DNA of 22,959 nucleotides from Candidatus Heimdallarchaeota archaeon (GTDB lineage Archaea; Asgardarchaeota; Heimdallarchaeia; Hodarchaeales; Hodarchaeaceae): NCBI GenBank assembly GCA_019057635.1, contig DXJL01000102.1, positions 1 to 22,959 of the forward strand, read 5' to 3'. Shown piece by piece: positions 9,667 to 19,211 of this stretch (position 1 is its first letter; each line of letters starts with the position of its first letter). The notes under the pieces were generated by a model. It saw only the letters and a program-made list of their open reading frames with translations, ran no database searches and was not told where the DNA came from. The position numbers and the translations under genes were made by a program.

Positions 9667-9885
9667 TTGAATAATTGCCCTCCGATGACCTCTACTATAC
9701 ATCCTTACTTGCTTAAGAGAATTCTTGAAATTCATCCAAATAGAAGGGATATCTGGGTAGAAAAGGAACAACTCCTCAAGAAATTAGGGAAAATCAAAGA
9801 AGCCCACGAGGCTTCAATTAAAATAAAAGAATTAGAGAATAAAAAAACAATAACAAGAAAATTCAACAACACACCCTTTCTTTGA
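9667..9885 (+). pseudogene. Single TPR-like motif remnant
   Basis: ILEIHPNRRDIWVEKEQLLKKLGKIKEA has TPR-like spacing. Its stop lies inside repeat copy 5. Confidence 0.35.
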
Positions 9886-10262
9886 CTCCTGAAGGCTTTT
9901 TCTTCAAAAAGACGAGAGGATTGAAAATATCCACATTTTTAATAAGAAATAACCCGTATACGAAGAGCGACAGCGTACTAAACATGTCGGAAATCCTCCA
10001 CGCGTTCACTGCACCTCTATCAACGGATGTTCTATCCCAGCACTCGTTTACCATCTCATAGTTACCGTCGCCAGTCCCCAAGGCTTAACGCTGATGGCAA
10101 AATGGATTCGTCTTTTCGAGGGCCGTTTTGTGCTTAGATGCATTCAGCACTTATCGGTTAGCGCGTGGCTGCTGGGCGATACCCTTCCGGATAACCCGCA
10201 CACTAGAGGCGCTCATACCCTGTTCCTCTCGTACTGAGGGCACGTTCCTCTCACGAAACCAA
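9864..10262 (-). repeat. 23S-3'-end/trailer repeat, copy 5 (long)
   Basis: Collinear with 21500-21909. I counted about 17 differences over the ~245-nt domain VI core, and the trailer is more diverged. Confidence 0.95.
9950..10262 (-). rRNA. rrl: Partial 23S rRNA: domain VI (H94-H101) fragment, not a full gene
   Basis: The minus strand reads the sarcin-ricin loop CAGTACGAGAGGAAC (10222-10236), GATAAGTGCTGAATGCATCTAAGC (H97) and GTTGATAG. Homology stops at ~10262-10268. Confidence 0.9.
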
Positions 10263-10287
10263 CACTGCTTCAAACATAGAATAAATA

Positions 10288-10692
10288 TCATTTAATAACT
10301 TGGAATCCCGCTTGTTCGAAATGTGAATCATATGTAAAGGCAGTATTCATTCTTAAAGTATGCATAACAACAAAACTTGTACAATCAGTAAAGCTAAAGG
10401 TTTTGTCCTGATGTTCCTTAAAAAAATTCCATGCTTTTTCTTCCAATGCCTCTAATATCCAGACAATTCGGATATTAGGAGAGTGTCTGATAGAATCCCC
10501 AATTCGGATAATCTCCTCATGAACCACTCTTCCCCGCAGCAGAGTATAAAATTCATCAAGGATATAATTAGTGGTTATCATCTTCCCATATCTGCCCTCT
10601 CTAATGTGATTTTCAATGACGAGGGCAGAAGAATGATTGATATCATTCGTCACTTTCGAAGCATAAAAAGCCCCAGTGTCAATAAAAATCAT
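10288..10692 (-). CDS. vapC: VapC PIN-domain ribonuclease toxin (VapC20-like)
   Basis: MIFIDT, D..H, TTNYILDEFYTLL, SFTDCTSFVVM and AFTYDSHFEQAGF, with the acidic PIN residues intact. Confidence 0.9.
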   Translation of the reverse strand: MIFIDTGAFYASKVTNDINHSSALVIENHIREGRYGKMITTNYILDEFYTLLRGRVVHEEIIRIGDSIRHSPNIRIVWILEALEEKAWNFFKEHQDKTFSFTDCTSFVVMHTLRMNTAFTYDSHFEQAGFQVIK

Positions 10693-10729
10693 TTAGCTCA
10701 CCCTAATAAACTCCTAAATTAGATATACA

Positions 10730-10972
10730 CTAGCTTGTCCTGTAAAGAATCTGATCGACTTCTTGAGAGGCGTTTTCAATGTCTACTAGAGATTTAGTTT
10801 TAAGAGAAAAATAAGGATCATCAGCTACAACTTTATCACTCTTGAGAAGAGCTAGAATTGCTAGTTTAACTGCTTCCTTGAGAGAAAGATCATGTTGAGT
10901 CGCATAATCCCGAAGAATGGCATGCTCTTCAGGGGAAAGAGTGGTTTGAACAACTTTTTCACGAGAGGTCAT
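10730..10972 (-). CDS. vapB: Antitoxin, ribbon-helix-helix/CopG-like (VapB)
   Basis: 80-aa ORF directly upstream of vapC, with an N-terminal beta-alpha-alpha pattern and C-terminal ASQEVDQILY resembling VapB tails. Confidence 0.75.
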   Translation of the reverse strand: MTSREKVVQTTLSPEEHAILRDYATQHDLSLKEAVKLAILALLKSDKVVADDPYFSLKTKSLVDIENASQEVDQILYRTS

Positions 10973-11046
10973 TTTACATGTCTCATATTACATGAGATAT
11001 GATGCATTTATAAATATGATCATTTTTGTCCGACAAAGCAATGGTG

Positions 11047-11064
11047 AGACATAAGACCAGAAGC
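11047..11064 (-). repeat. Repeat fragment, copy 6 (distal trailer end only)
   Basis: AGACATAAGACCAGAAGC is an 18-nt exact match to 21481-21498. Confidence 0.75.
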
Positions 11065-11083
11065 CATTCATAAGTAAAGATGT

Positions 11084-12061
11084 GTGGAAATGGTAAAAAT
11101 TCCAAAACCTGTAATGGAATGGCTGTTGGAGGAGAGTAACCCCTCGATACGGTATCGCACCATGCTAGAATTGCAGAATCTCCCAAATACTAGTAATAAG
11201 ATCAAAGAAGCCAAAGAAGCGGTAATTGAGTATCCTGTAGTGCAAAATATTTTGAAAAAGATGCAGCCCGAAGGATATTGGGAGGTGAAAAAACGAGATG
11301 GCCGAGTACTAGGGGCAGGAGTGGAATATGCAGATTGGAGCACCACGCATTATGTGTTGAGCTATTTAGTAGAACTAGGGGTTACAAAGGACAACCCCGA
11401 AGTGAATAAGGCAGCAAATCGCTATCTATCGCTCCAACAACCCGATGGGGATTTTTGGGATCATTTATCGTGTTTATACGGGATAAATATTCGGACCTTC
11501 ATAAAACTGGGATTTCAAGAGGATCCACGGTTATTAAAGACGATTAATTTACTAAAAACTATGGTTCGCGAGGATCAAGGCTATTTGTGTGATATGCATG
11601 AAGGGAAACGGAAAACACGTCTGGTGAAAAGCTGTTATCGAGGCTCCTTAAAAATCCTATTTGCCCTCAGTGAACTCCCGCTGCTGTGGACAGAGTCGTA
11701 TGCCAAACGCTTAGTCAACTATTTTCTCGACCGAAATGTGCTATATAAAACAAAAAAACCTAAGGAATTAGTGACGCGGGAAACAGGAAAGACTATCTTT
11801 CCCTTTTCCTACCGAGCAGGGCTTCTCGAAACCCTGTATGCCCTGGCAAAAATGGGGTATGGGGGGGATCCAAGGATCCAAAACGCATGGAATCTGCTTC
11901 AGAACCATCGAAACTCGACTGGCCGTTATATTCTGGACTGGACACCCGGCAAAACCACGAATCGGTATTTTTATCCAGGAAAAAAACATGCAGAAAATAA
12001 ATGGGTTACATTGTATGCCTACTTATGCCTGAAACACAAAACAAAACAAACGACTGCTTAA
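11084..12061 (+). CDS. Prenyltransferase/terpene-cyclase (alpha/alpha)-fold protein
   Basis: WLLEESNPSIRY plus QW-like repeats (MQPEGYW, LQQPDGDF, RNSTGRY). The stop codon lies within repeat copy 7. Confidence 0.65.
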   Translation: MEMVKIPKPVMEWLLEESNPSIRYRTMLELQNLPNTSNKIKEAKEAVIEYPVVQNILKKMQPEGYWEVKKRDGRVLGAGVEYADWSTTHYVLSYLVELGVTKDNPEVNKAANRYLSLQQPDGDFWDHLSCLYGINIRTFIKLGFQEDPRLLKTINLLKTMVREDQGYLCDMHEGKRKTRLVKSCYRGSLKILFALSELPLLWTESYAKRLVNYFLDRNVLYKTKKPKELVTRETGKTIFPFSYRAGLLETLYALAKMGYGGDPRIQNAWNLLQNHRNSTGRYILDWTPGKTTNRYFYPGKKHAENKWVTLYAYLCLKHKTKQTTA

Positions 12062-12128
12062 GGCTTTTTCTTAGAAAAAACGAGAGGACTGAAAATTTCC
12101 ACACGGTTAGCCCTTGTGCGATGAGTGG
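12052..12128 (-). repeat. 23S-3'-end/trailer repeat, copy 7
   Basis: GACTGCTTAAGGCTTTT...AAACGAGAGGACTGAAAATTTCCACA..TAGCCCTTGTGCGATGAGTGG. Confidence 0.88.
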
Positions 12129-12269
12129 TAGTATTTGTAAGATAAGATCCATCAATATCCTATTTCAGGAAGAGATTATCGAATTCTACACGCATTATAC
12201 TCGCCCTAAGGAGGACCACAATTATGTCTAGAACTTAACAAGGGAATTGAATGTTAGTAGAAAAACTAA

Positions 12270-12370
12270 CCCCTACATTTATATAAGAAAAAGAAAATAA
12301 GCAAAAATGTAGGGGATAACATACCCCTACAAATGAAGAAATAAGTGAAAAAACATATATTTGTAGGGGT
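12270..12370. promoter_or_regulatory. Four-box inverted-repeat array with TATA-like element upstream of fic
   Basis: CCCCTACATTT (12270-80) pairs with AAATGTAGGGG (12305-15), and ACCCCTACAAAT (12323-34) pairs with ATTTGTAGGGGT (12359-70). TTTATATAA lies at 12278-12286. Confidence 0.65.
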
Positions 12371-12380
12371 TTAATATTCC

Positions 12381-13268
12381 ATGGTGCGTATTACAAAAAT
12401 TAGACAAAACACACGAGAATATTATGTACTGGCATATAACATCAGAAAAGGTACGAAGGTCCAAAGAAGAGAAAGATACCTAGGAAAGGAAATTCCTAAA
12501 GACGTAGAGGCCCTTAAAGAGCAATTCGCACATGAACTGTATGAAGAGATGTACGGGGCCGAATTAGAAGTCATTCACCAGCAATACGTAAGCATGCAGG
12601 AACAAATACCCCCGATAGGACTCGAAAAGTACTATGAAGATTTCGCAATAAACTTCACATACGACACGAATCGAATCGAAGGAGGAAGTTTAACTCGGAA
12701 CGAAACAAGAGTGTTAATCCTCCATGATCAGGCCCCTCAAAGACCATTGAACGACATATTGGAGACAAAAACACATTATGAGCTATTAAAATACATACGA
12801 ACGTACAATGGGGAGCTGGGGTTTAATGTAGTACTGGAGTGGCATCATAGGCTCCTCAAAGACACACAAAAAGATAGTGCAGGACGACTCCGAGACAGAC
12901 AGGTTAAAATCTCAGGCAGTAAGCTAATCCCCCCATCCCCAGTCGAACTTCAACCCTCATTGGATGAATTTTTCCAATGGTATAAAGAGAGGATAAGAAC
13001 ATGCCACCCTGTAGAGCTTGCTATGTTAGTACAATACAAGTTTGTGAGAATTCATCCATTCATGGACGGAAATGGCCGGATCTCACGGTTGTTGATGAAT
13101 TTTATTCTCCACAAACATAAATTTCCCATGTACAACATACCTGATCAAGACCGACACAGCTACTATAAAGCACTGCACAGGGCAGATAAAAAAGAAGACG
13201 CTTATGTCCTAGCCCGTTATCTTACCAAGAAATACATTAAAAACCAGAAAAAAAACCAAACACGCTAG
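12381..13268 (+). CDS. fic: Fic-domain protein (AMPylase family)
   Basis: Canonical HPFMDGNGRISR motif and the inhibitory-helix-type motif TNRIEG. Confidence 0.93.
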   Translation: MVRITKIRQNTREYYVLAYNIRKGTKVQRRERYLGKEIPKDVEALKEQFAHELYEEMYGAELEVIHQQYVSMQEQIPPIGLEKYYEDFAINFTYDTNRIEGGSLTRNETRVLILHDQAPQRPLNDILETKTHYELLKYIRTYNGELGFNVVLEWHHRLLKDTQKDSAGRLRDRQVKISGSKLIPPSPVELQPSLDEFFQWYKERIRTCHPVELAMLVQYKFVRIHPFMDGNGRISRLLMNFILHKHKFPMYNIPDQDRHSYYKALHRADKKEDAYVLARYLTKKYIKNQKKNQTR

Positions 13269-13380
13269 AGGAGCGAAACACGAGCTACCACTCCACCAAG
13301 CTAAACTGGAAAAGTGAATAATAATCAGCGATTATGAAACATAAAATCAGGAAAATTATTCGAACTTAACATACTTTATT

Positions 13381-13425
13381 GACTCCTTAAGGCTATTACT
13401 GCTTAGTAAACGAGAGGACTGACCC
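13381..13425 (-). repeat. 23S-trailer repeat, copy 8
   Basis: GACTCCTTAAGGCTATTACTGCTTAGTAAACGAGAGGACTGACC. Weak similarity extends left to ~13337. Confidence 0.88.
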
Positions 13426-13462
13426 TACACGAAGGAGGGATATATTCCCAGAACATTCAGTT

Positions 13463-16348
13463 CTAGTTGCGTTTGGTTGAAATTAATAGACTCAACAGTG
13501 ATATAAACACTAATAAGAAGGACCAAGAGGGACTACTTCGGTCAGATAAAGTTGTGGATGTCAATGTGGTCGAGGTGTCTGGTGGAATAGTGGTAGATTC
13601 CGTTGTAGTCTGGATGACGTTCTGAATTGAAAAAACATCATCAGAAATATCTTCACTTGTTAACCCCTCGGAACAGGTAGCTCTAACTTTAATCAAATAA
13701 ATTCCCCCGTCAGCAACACTTGTAGAATTCCATATGTAAATATGCGACGTTATACTGCTTGCTAATTCAAACCAAGTAACTCCATCATCATAAGAAAGGT
13801 AGAGAGTATAAGTAGTTGAATGATTGAGTGAATCAACAGCCTCACTCCATTGGAATTGGATACTTCCTGAAATGATTTCTCCCCCATTAGGGTAAATAAT
13901 ATTTGGAGGTGAAATGCCATGAGACATTGCTGTTAGGCTAAAATTATTATCGGAAATGTCAGCAACAGTTAAACCATCTGTACAAGTGGCCACAACCTTA
14001 ATTAGATAATTTCCTTCATTCAAAGATAAAATATTCCAATTATAAACATTAGAAGCCAAATCAGACACAAGTAAACTCCAAGTAGATCCATTATTAGACG
14101 AATAATAAAGGGTGTATAGTACTAAATGGTTCCATGAATCTGTGGCAGTATTCCAGTGAACGGAAATCTCCCCTGACAGGATTTCACCACCATTAGGATA
14201 GAGGACATGAGGTATGGATAACACATGCTTCAGATTCTCTATAATGAAAGGACTATCAGAAAAATCAGAAGAAATTAATCCCTCAGAACAAGTGGCAACA
14301 ACTTGAATGAGATATTCCGAGCCATCAGCTACCGTATTTGTATCCCAATCATAAGTTGTCACTGATAAATCAGTCTGAAGTAAGAGCCAAGAAGCACCAT
14401 TATCAGAAGAATAGTAAAGAGTATAGGTAATGTTGTGATCCCAAGAATCAATAGACATGGCCCATTGAATTGTTACCATTCCTGATAAATCTTCTCCTCC
14501 GTTTGGATGAACTAAAAAGGGTGCAGTAACCTCATGTACAAATAGAACGTAGGGAAGAGTTAACGGATAGAGATCTTCGTTATTGGCAGAACCACCGATA
14601 GAATAGGGTAGATCCACGATACGATTGATATCGTTATCAGGAGTAGTCCAATCGTTCCAGTAGTTATACGAGAAGACATTCTTCAAAATAGGATTTGTTT
14701 GGTCATCAAATGCTTGAGAACTACCGAGATTGTTGAAGAGAAAATCATTTCGTTCAATGTGGTTATGACTTGAATCAAAACAGTAAATAGCTTCAAACGA
14801 AGAGTTCTCGTACCGATTCAATATCACTGTATTGTTATTTGCTTGACCAATAAGCATACCCCATCCAAGAGAACGAGTAATTGAATTTTGCGAGTAATTA
14901 TTTTGAAGAGAACCCCATGTATAAAAGCTGATATCTTTACAGTCAAGGACCGTATTTTCGAAAATGGAGTTGTTATGGGAATAAACGACGTAAAGGCCTA
15001 TAGAAACGGGTCGATAAATGAAATTTCCTTGGATAAGACTCATATGGGTATTATAAAGATAGATTCCGTTATAATCAGCATCAGAAACGGTATTATTAAT
15101 AATAGTCATGTTTTTACAGAATAGAAATTGTAAGGCGCTTGTAAGGTTAGATAGATTCTGATCGGAGACCTCAATAAATGTACAATTAACTAATATTATC
15201 TGACCTACATCAGCTGGTACAATTCCATCATTAACATGTTGCCAAAAGATAAGGGGGCGGTTGTTAATCCAATTATTTGCTACTTGGGTTTGAAGATGAT
15301 CCTTTAGGGTATCTCCAGACATCCAGATACCTAAAACCGTGAGCCGATTATCGAGAAGAGTATTATTGGGTGCAGTTTGAAGAAAGATATTCCTTGCGGT
15401 TTCATTAAATGTATTGTTAATCAAACGGTTATCATACGAGGAAGTTATGCGAATACCGTTGTCCTCAATATTCCCGAGCTGATTATGAGTAATATTATTA
15501 GTATTAGCGTTGGAAGATAAGTAGAAGCCTCTTCCTTGATTTTCGAGCACATTATTAGACAGTAGATTATCTCGTGAAGACCCAAGATAGATTCCCTCAT
15601 GGGAAGAATTGAAGAGATAATTGTAAGTAAGTGTATTGTTATGGGAACTACTGAGATAAATACCTCCATAATCATTATGGGAAATATTATTATAGGAAAT
15701 ATCAAGAAAATGGGAATTACTAATGCTAAATGCGATATGGTCATGGCCGATTATCCGATTGTGGGTAAAATTACTAGAAAAACAGGAAGAAAGGACAATC
15801 GCATCCCCTTGCCCCACCAGACCCTTGCTTCTTTGGATGGTATTATTAAAAACAAACGCATTCGTGACATTAGTAAAGAGAATGCCAAATTTCCCACGAT
15901 CCAGTAAACAATTACTTATATTGAAATAAAGATCAGTATTCCGAATTTCGATTAAAGTCTCAGAAATAGAACCAGTAATATTATAATTATTAATTAGATA
16001 GGGGGAAGCTAGTGAGCCATTTCCAAGCCAAGATTCAGAAGTAGCAGTCGAATGGAACGCAGAATTACCATCAATGAAAACAGTGCTATGGGTCAGATAG
16101 GAAAACGCAGGAAAAGCAAAATTCCCATTAGGTGATAACGGTTCGGAAGCTAGAGGAAGAGTCTGAGGGGGTACAAAGACATACCACGTAGAAAGACCCG
16201 AACAGAGTAAGAATAATAAAAAGACTAGCACATTTAATTTTGCACTTATAACTGGTTTTTTACTTAAGTTCATAATGCTCAACCCGTTTAGAGCGAATTT
16301 TCGAGTATTTGGCTGATTTACCAAACTGATCATCCGAATGATGAGCAA
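13463..16348 (-). CDS. Large surface protein: right-handed beta-helix (NosD/CASH-like), three Ig/Fn3-like repeats, Thr-rich linker, C-terminal anchor
   Basis: Many GIYL-x-x-S-x-x-N-x-x-x-x-N repeats and three ~100-aa PNGGE...W...YTLY.S.D/NNG..W...YLI.V.ATC..GL repeats. C-terminal TM segment. The start is probably ATG 16273. Confidence 0.85.
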   Translation of the reverse strand: MLIIRMISLVNQPNTRKFALNGLSIMNLSKKPVISAKLNVLVFLLFLLCSGLSTWYVFVPPQTLPLASEPLSPNGNFAFPAFSYLTHSTVFIDGNSAFHSTATSESWLGNGSLASPYLINNYNITGSISETLIEIRNTDLYFNISNCLLDRGKFGILFTNVTNAFVFNNTIQRSKGLVGQGDAIVLSSCFSSNFTHNRIIGHDHIAFSISNSHFLDISYNNISHNDYGGIYLSSSHNNTLTYNYLFNSSHEGIYLGSSRDNLLSNNVLENQGRGFYLSSNANTNNITHNQLGNIEDNGIRITSSYDNRLINNTFNETARNIFLQTAPNNTLLDNRLTVLGIWMSGDTLKDHLQTQVANNWINNRPLIFWQHVNDGIVPADVGQIILVNCTFIEVSDQNLSNLTSALQFLFCKNMTIINNTVSDADYNGIYLYNTHMSLIQGNFIYRPVSIGLYVVYSHNNSIFENTVLDCKDISFYTWGSLQNNYSQNSITRSLGWGMLIGQANNNTVILNRYENSSFEAIYCFDSSHNHIERNDFLFNNLGSSQAFDDQTNPILKNVFSYNYWNDWTTPDNDINRIVDLPYSIGGSANNEDLYPLTLPYVLFVHEVTAPFLVHPNGGEDLSGMVTIQWAMSIDSWDHNITYTLYYSSDNGASWLLLQTDLSVTTYDWDTNTVADGSEYLIQVVATCSEGLISSDFSDSPFIIENLKHVLSIPHVLYPNGGEILSGEISVHWNTATDSWNHLVLYTLYYSSNNGSTWSLLVSDLASNVYNWNILSLNEGNYLIKVVATCTDGLTVADISDNNFSLTAMSHGISPPNIIYPNGGEIISGSIQFQWSEAVDSLNHSTTYTLYLSYDDGVTWFELASSITSHIYIWNSTSVADGGIYLIKVRATCSEGLTSEDISDDVFSIQNVIQTTTESTTIPPDTSTTLTSTTLSDRSSPSWSFLLVFISLLSLLISTKRN

Positions 16349-16440
16349 AACTCCCTTATAAAGTTATAATGGATATAAATAGACAAAAAAATCACAACCA
16401 ACAGAAGAAAACTACTGAACAGGAGAGCAAAACTACTCAT

Positions 16441-16610
16441 AACACACTCGTTTTGACTCCTTAAGGCTATTACTTTGAAGTAAACGAGAGGACTGGCTAT
16501 TTCCACTTTTCTAGTAAGAATAGCCCGTGTACGATGAGTGGCAGCTGACTAAACATTCCAGTCGAAACCTCCACACGTATTTCTTTTAAGAAAGATCCCA
16601 GCACTCGTTT
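16441..16610 (-). repeat. 23S-3'-end/trailer repeat, copy 9 (includes part of H99-H101, internally rearranged)
   Basis: Trailer plus AATAGCCCGTGTACGATGAGTGG..GTCGAAACCTCCAC..ATCCCAGCACTCGTTT, matching 21510-21696 with a deletion. Confidence 0.92.
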
Positions 16611-16701
16611 GGTAGTCGTGTTTATAGAAAATATCGCGAAGTATTAGCTTTTATTAACAAGCATGGCTATGATGAATTTATGCTAGTTTCATCATAAATA
16701 G

Positions 16702-18672
16702 GTGTTAGGAATGGAAAAACTCCAAAACAATACACCTTATCACAAATGGGTTTCTAATATTACTCCTGAACAAGTTTTCGAGGAAACTATCTCTTTTTAT
16801 AACGTTAAGACAGTTAACAATAATATTTACTGGTCTGAACTCCGTCCTGCTGAGAATGGTAGGATAGCTATTGTTTGTCGGAGTAAGGAGGGAAGAATTT
16901 TTGATATCTTGCCTGAAGAGGTAAATGTTCGAAGTCGGGTTCATGAATATGGGGGTTTGTGTTGGGAAGTAGATGAAGAGTATATCTACTTTGTAAATTT
17001 TGTGGACCAACGACTTTATAGAAAAAAAATCATAGCAGATGAGGCCCCTATTCCATTAACGGTGGAAAAAAATATAGATGGATCATTAGGTAAGTATGCT
17101 GCTCCACTCTTAACACCAGATGGTAAAACACTAATTTTTGTATATGAAAAGGAATTTGCTGACAAAGAAAATGAGAATTATATCGCAGTCATTGATATTA
17201 CCAAAAACTCAATTCAGGAACCAACGATAATTGTGGAAGGAAAAGACTTCTATTTTGACCCAATCATCTCAACGGAAGGCCATCAGCTTGCTTGGCTACA
17301 GTATAATCATCCTAATATGCCATGGAATTCCACTGAGTTAGTAATAGCCGACTTTGAGAACGGAAACGTTGTGGCAGGGTCAGAAAAAATCATTGTGGGA
17401 GGAGAAGGGATATCTATTGGTGGTATCCGATTTGATAAACAAGGACGACTCTATTTTGTCTTAGATGAAGAGGATCAACCTGAAGATAGTCCAAGAAACT
17501 GGTGGAATTTTTATCAATATGAGAATGATGAAATTCGAGCAATCACACAAGAGAATGTAGAATTTGGTCTTCCTATGTGGGTGTTTCGATTTATTAGTTG
17601 GGATTTCTTACCTAGTGGTCGAATTGTCGCAAATTATGACAAAGAAGGGAAAGGATTTCTTGCTTTAATCGATCCCATAACGAAAGTGTTAGAATCACTC
17701 AATTCTCCCTTTGATGACCACATCTCCCTCCGAACTTATTCTGAACATGAAATAGTTTTTATAGGACATAGTTTTCAAAAACCCGCTGCTTTAGTTGTGC
17801 TTGATCTCCAAACCATGGAGTATGAGGTTATTAAAACAAGTTTTTCAAATCCAATGACTGAACAAGACATTTCTATCCCACAACAGATAGAATATCCTAC
17901 CTCAGATGGTAGAAAAGCTTATGGCAAATTGTATTTGCCTAAGAACAAGAATTATCGTGTTCCTGAAGGAGAACGACCCCCCCTGATTGTGATGGTTCAC
18001 GGGGGACCTACTGGAAGAACTAATTGCCAGTATCTATTATCAAAACAGTTTAGGACGAATCAAGGGTATGCACTTTTTGATGTTGATTATAGCGGGAGTA
18101 CCTCATTTGGGAGGCGATACCGAGATTCATTAAAGACTCAATGGGGTGTAATAGATGCTCAAGATGTGAAAGATGCTGTTGATTATCTGGTAAAACAGGA
18201 TCTAGTTGCACCTAAAGTCGCCATTACGGGCGGAAGTGCAGGTGGGTATGCTGTGCAACGTGCTTTGACCTTATTTCCCGATACATTTCAAGTGGGGGCT
18301 AGTTATTTTGGTATAGGAAACCTTGTTACTTTAACTAAACTAACTCACAAATTTGAATCGCGTTACATTGATTGGCTTATGGGAGCATCATTAGATTCGA
18401 TTGAAGGGGAAGAAATTTACAAAGAACGTTCTCCGATCAATCATTTAGATAAGTTGAAATCACCAATGATCTTATTTCAAGGAAAAGAAGATAAAGTTGT
18501 CACCCCCGAAGTTTCTCGAGAAATGGTGAACGTACTGAAGAGAAAAGGAATTATATATGAATACGTGGAATATGAGGGTGAGGGTCATGGGTTTCGGAAA
18601 AAAGAGAGCAATATTGATTCACTTACTAAAGAAGCAGCTTTTTTTCGAAAAGTTCTTTTCGGAGATAGTTGA
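16702..18672 (+). CDS. S9-family prolyl oligopeptidase / acylaminoacyl peptidase
   Basis: HGGP plus the catalytic triad motifs GGSAGG, QGKEDKVV and EGHGF, with an N-terminal propeller-like region. Confidence 0.92.
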   Translation: MLGMEKLQNNTPYHKWVSNITPEQVFEETISFYNVKTVNNNIYWSELRPAENGRIAIVCRSKEGRIFDILPEEVNVRSRVHEYGGLCWEVDEEYIYFVNFVDQRLYRKKIIADEAPIPLTVEKNIDGSLGKYAAPLLTPDGKTLIFVYEKEFADKENENYIAVIDITKNSIQEPTIIVEGKDFYFDPIISTEGHQLAWLQYNHPNMPWNSTELVIADFENGNVVAGSEKIIVGGEGISIGGIRFDKQGRLYFVLDEEDQPEDSPRNWWNFYQYENDEIRAITQENVEFGLPMWVFRFISWDFLPSGRIVANYDKEGKGFLALIDPITKVLESLNSPFDDHISLRTYSEHEIVFIGHSFQKPAALVVLDLQTMEYEVIKTSFSNPMTEQDISIPQQIEYPTSDGRKAYGKLYLPKNKNYRVPEGERPPLIVMVHGGPTGRTNCQYLLSKQFRTNQGYALFDVDYSGSTSFGRRYRDSLKTQWGVIDAQDVKDAVDYLVKQDLVAPKVAITGGSAGGYAVQRALTLFPDTFQVGASYFGIGNLVTLTKLTHKFESRYIDWLMGASLDSIEGEEIYKERSPINHLDKLKSPMILFQGKEDKVVTPEVSREMVNVLKRKGIIYEYVEYEGEGHGFRKKESNIDSLTKEAAFFRKVLFGDS

Positions 18673-18912
18673 ACAGCCATAAATGAAGCTCTAAGTAAAA
18701 TTTCACCGCTAGCTTTTTCCTTGTTCTTTTAAAACCTTTTAATACTTTCTTCCTCCCCGTATCATCTTTATAATGGAGAATCCCTTAAACGTCCTCCCAT
18801 TAGTCTTACAAGTAGGTAGAACAGAGGGGATAACTTTACTACAGCTTTTTTCGATGTTAGAATCAATATAATTCATGGCTAAAGACCGATCGCGATGAAT
18901 TTTAGAGACAAT

Positions 18913-19053
18913 ACCACCAGACAGAAGATCAGAAGTAAGTAGAAAAACAACACACACTAACTTGGACTCCTGAAGGCTATTACTTTAAGTAAACGAAAGG
19001 ACTGATCCTTTTTATGTTGTCTAGTAACAATAGCCCGTGCGCAATGAGTAGGA
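18913..19053 (-). repeat. 23S-3'-end/trailer repeat, copy 10
   Basis: ACCACCAGACAGAAGATCAGAAG...AAACAACACACACT...TTGGACTCCTGAAGGCT...AAGTAAACGAAAGGACT...TAGTAACAATAGCCCGTG. Confidence 0.92.
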
Positions 19054-19211
19054 GTGGATTATCGGAAGAGTTTCTCAAGGTACCCAATATTTATTTTCAG
19101 AAAGTAAACCGGGCTCTGTGAAGAGAGAAAATTGGAAAACTTTAATAGGAATAAAAATCACAGAGAAATATTCTTAATAGTTAAATTGGTCAGGTATTTC
19201 TAAAGAAAAAA

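Noticed and set aside
14888-15929. Short ORFs overlapping the 961-aa gene, and similar shadow ORFs inside other long genes
   Set aside because: They are alternative-frame or antisense ORFs fully inside well-supported genes and have no motifs.
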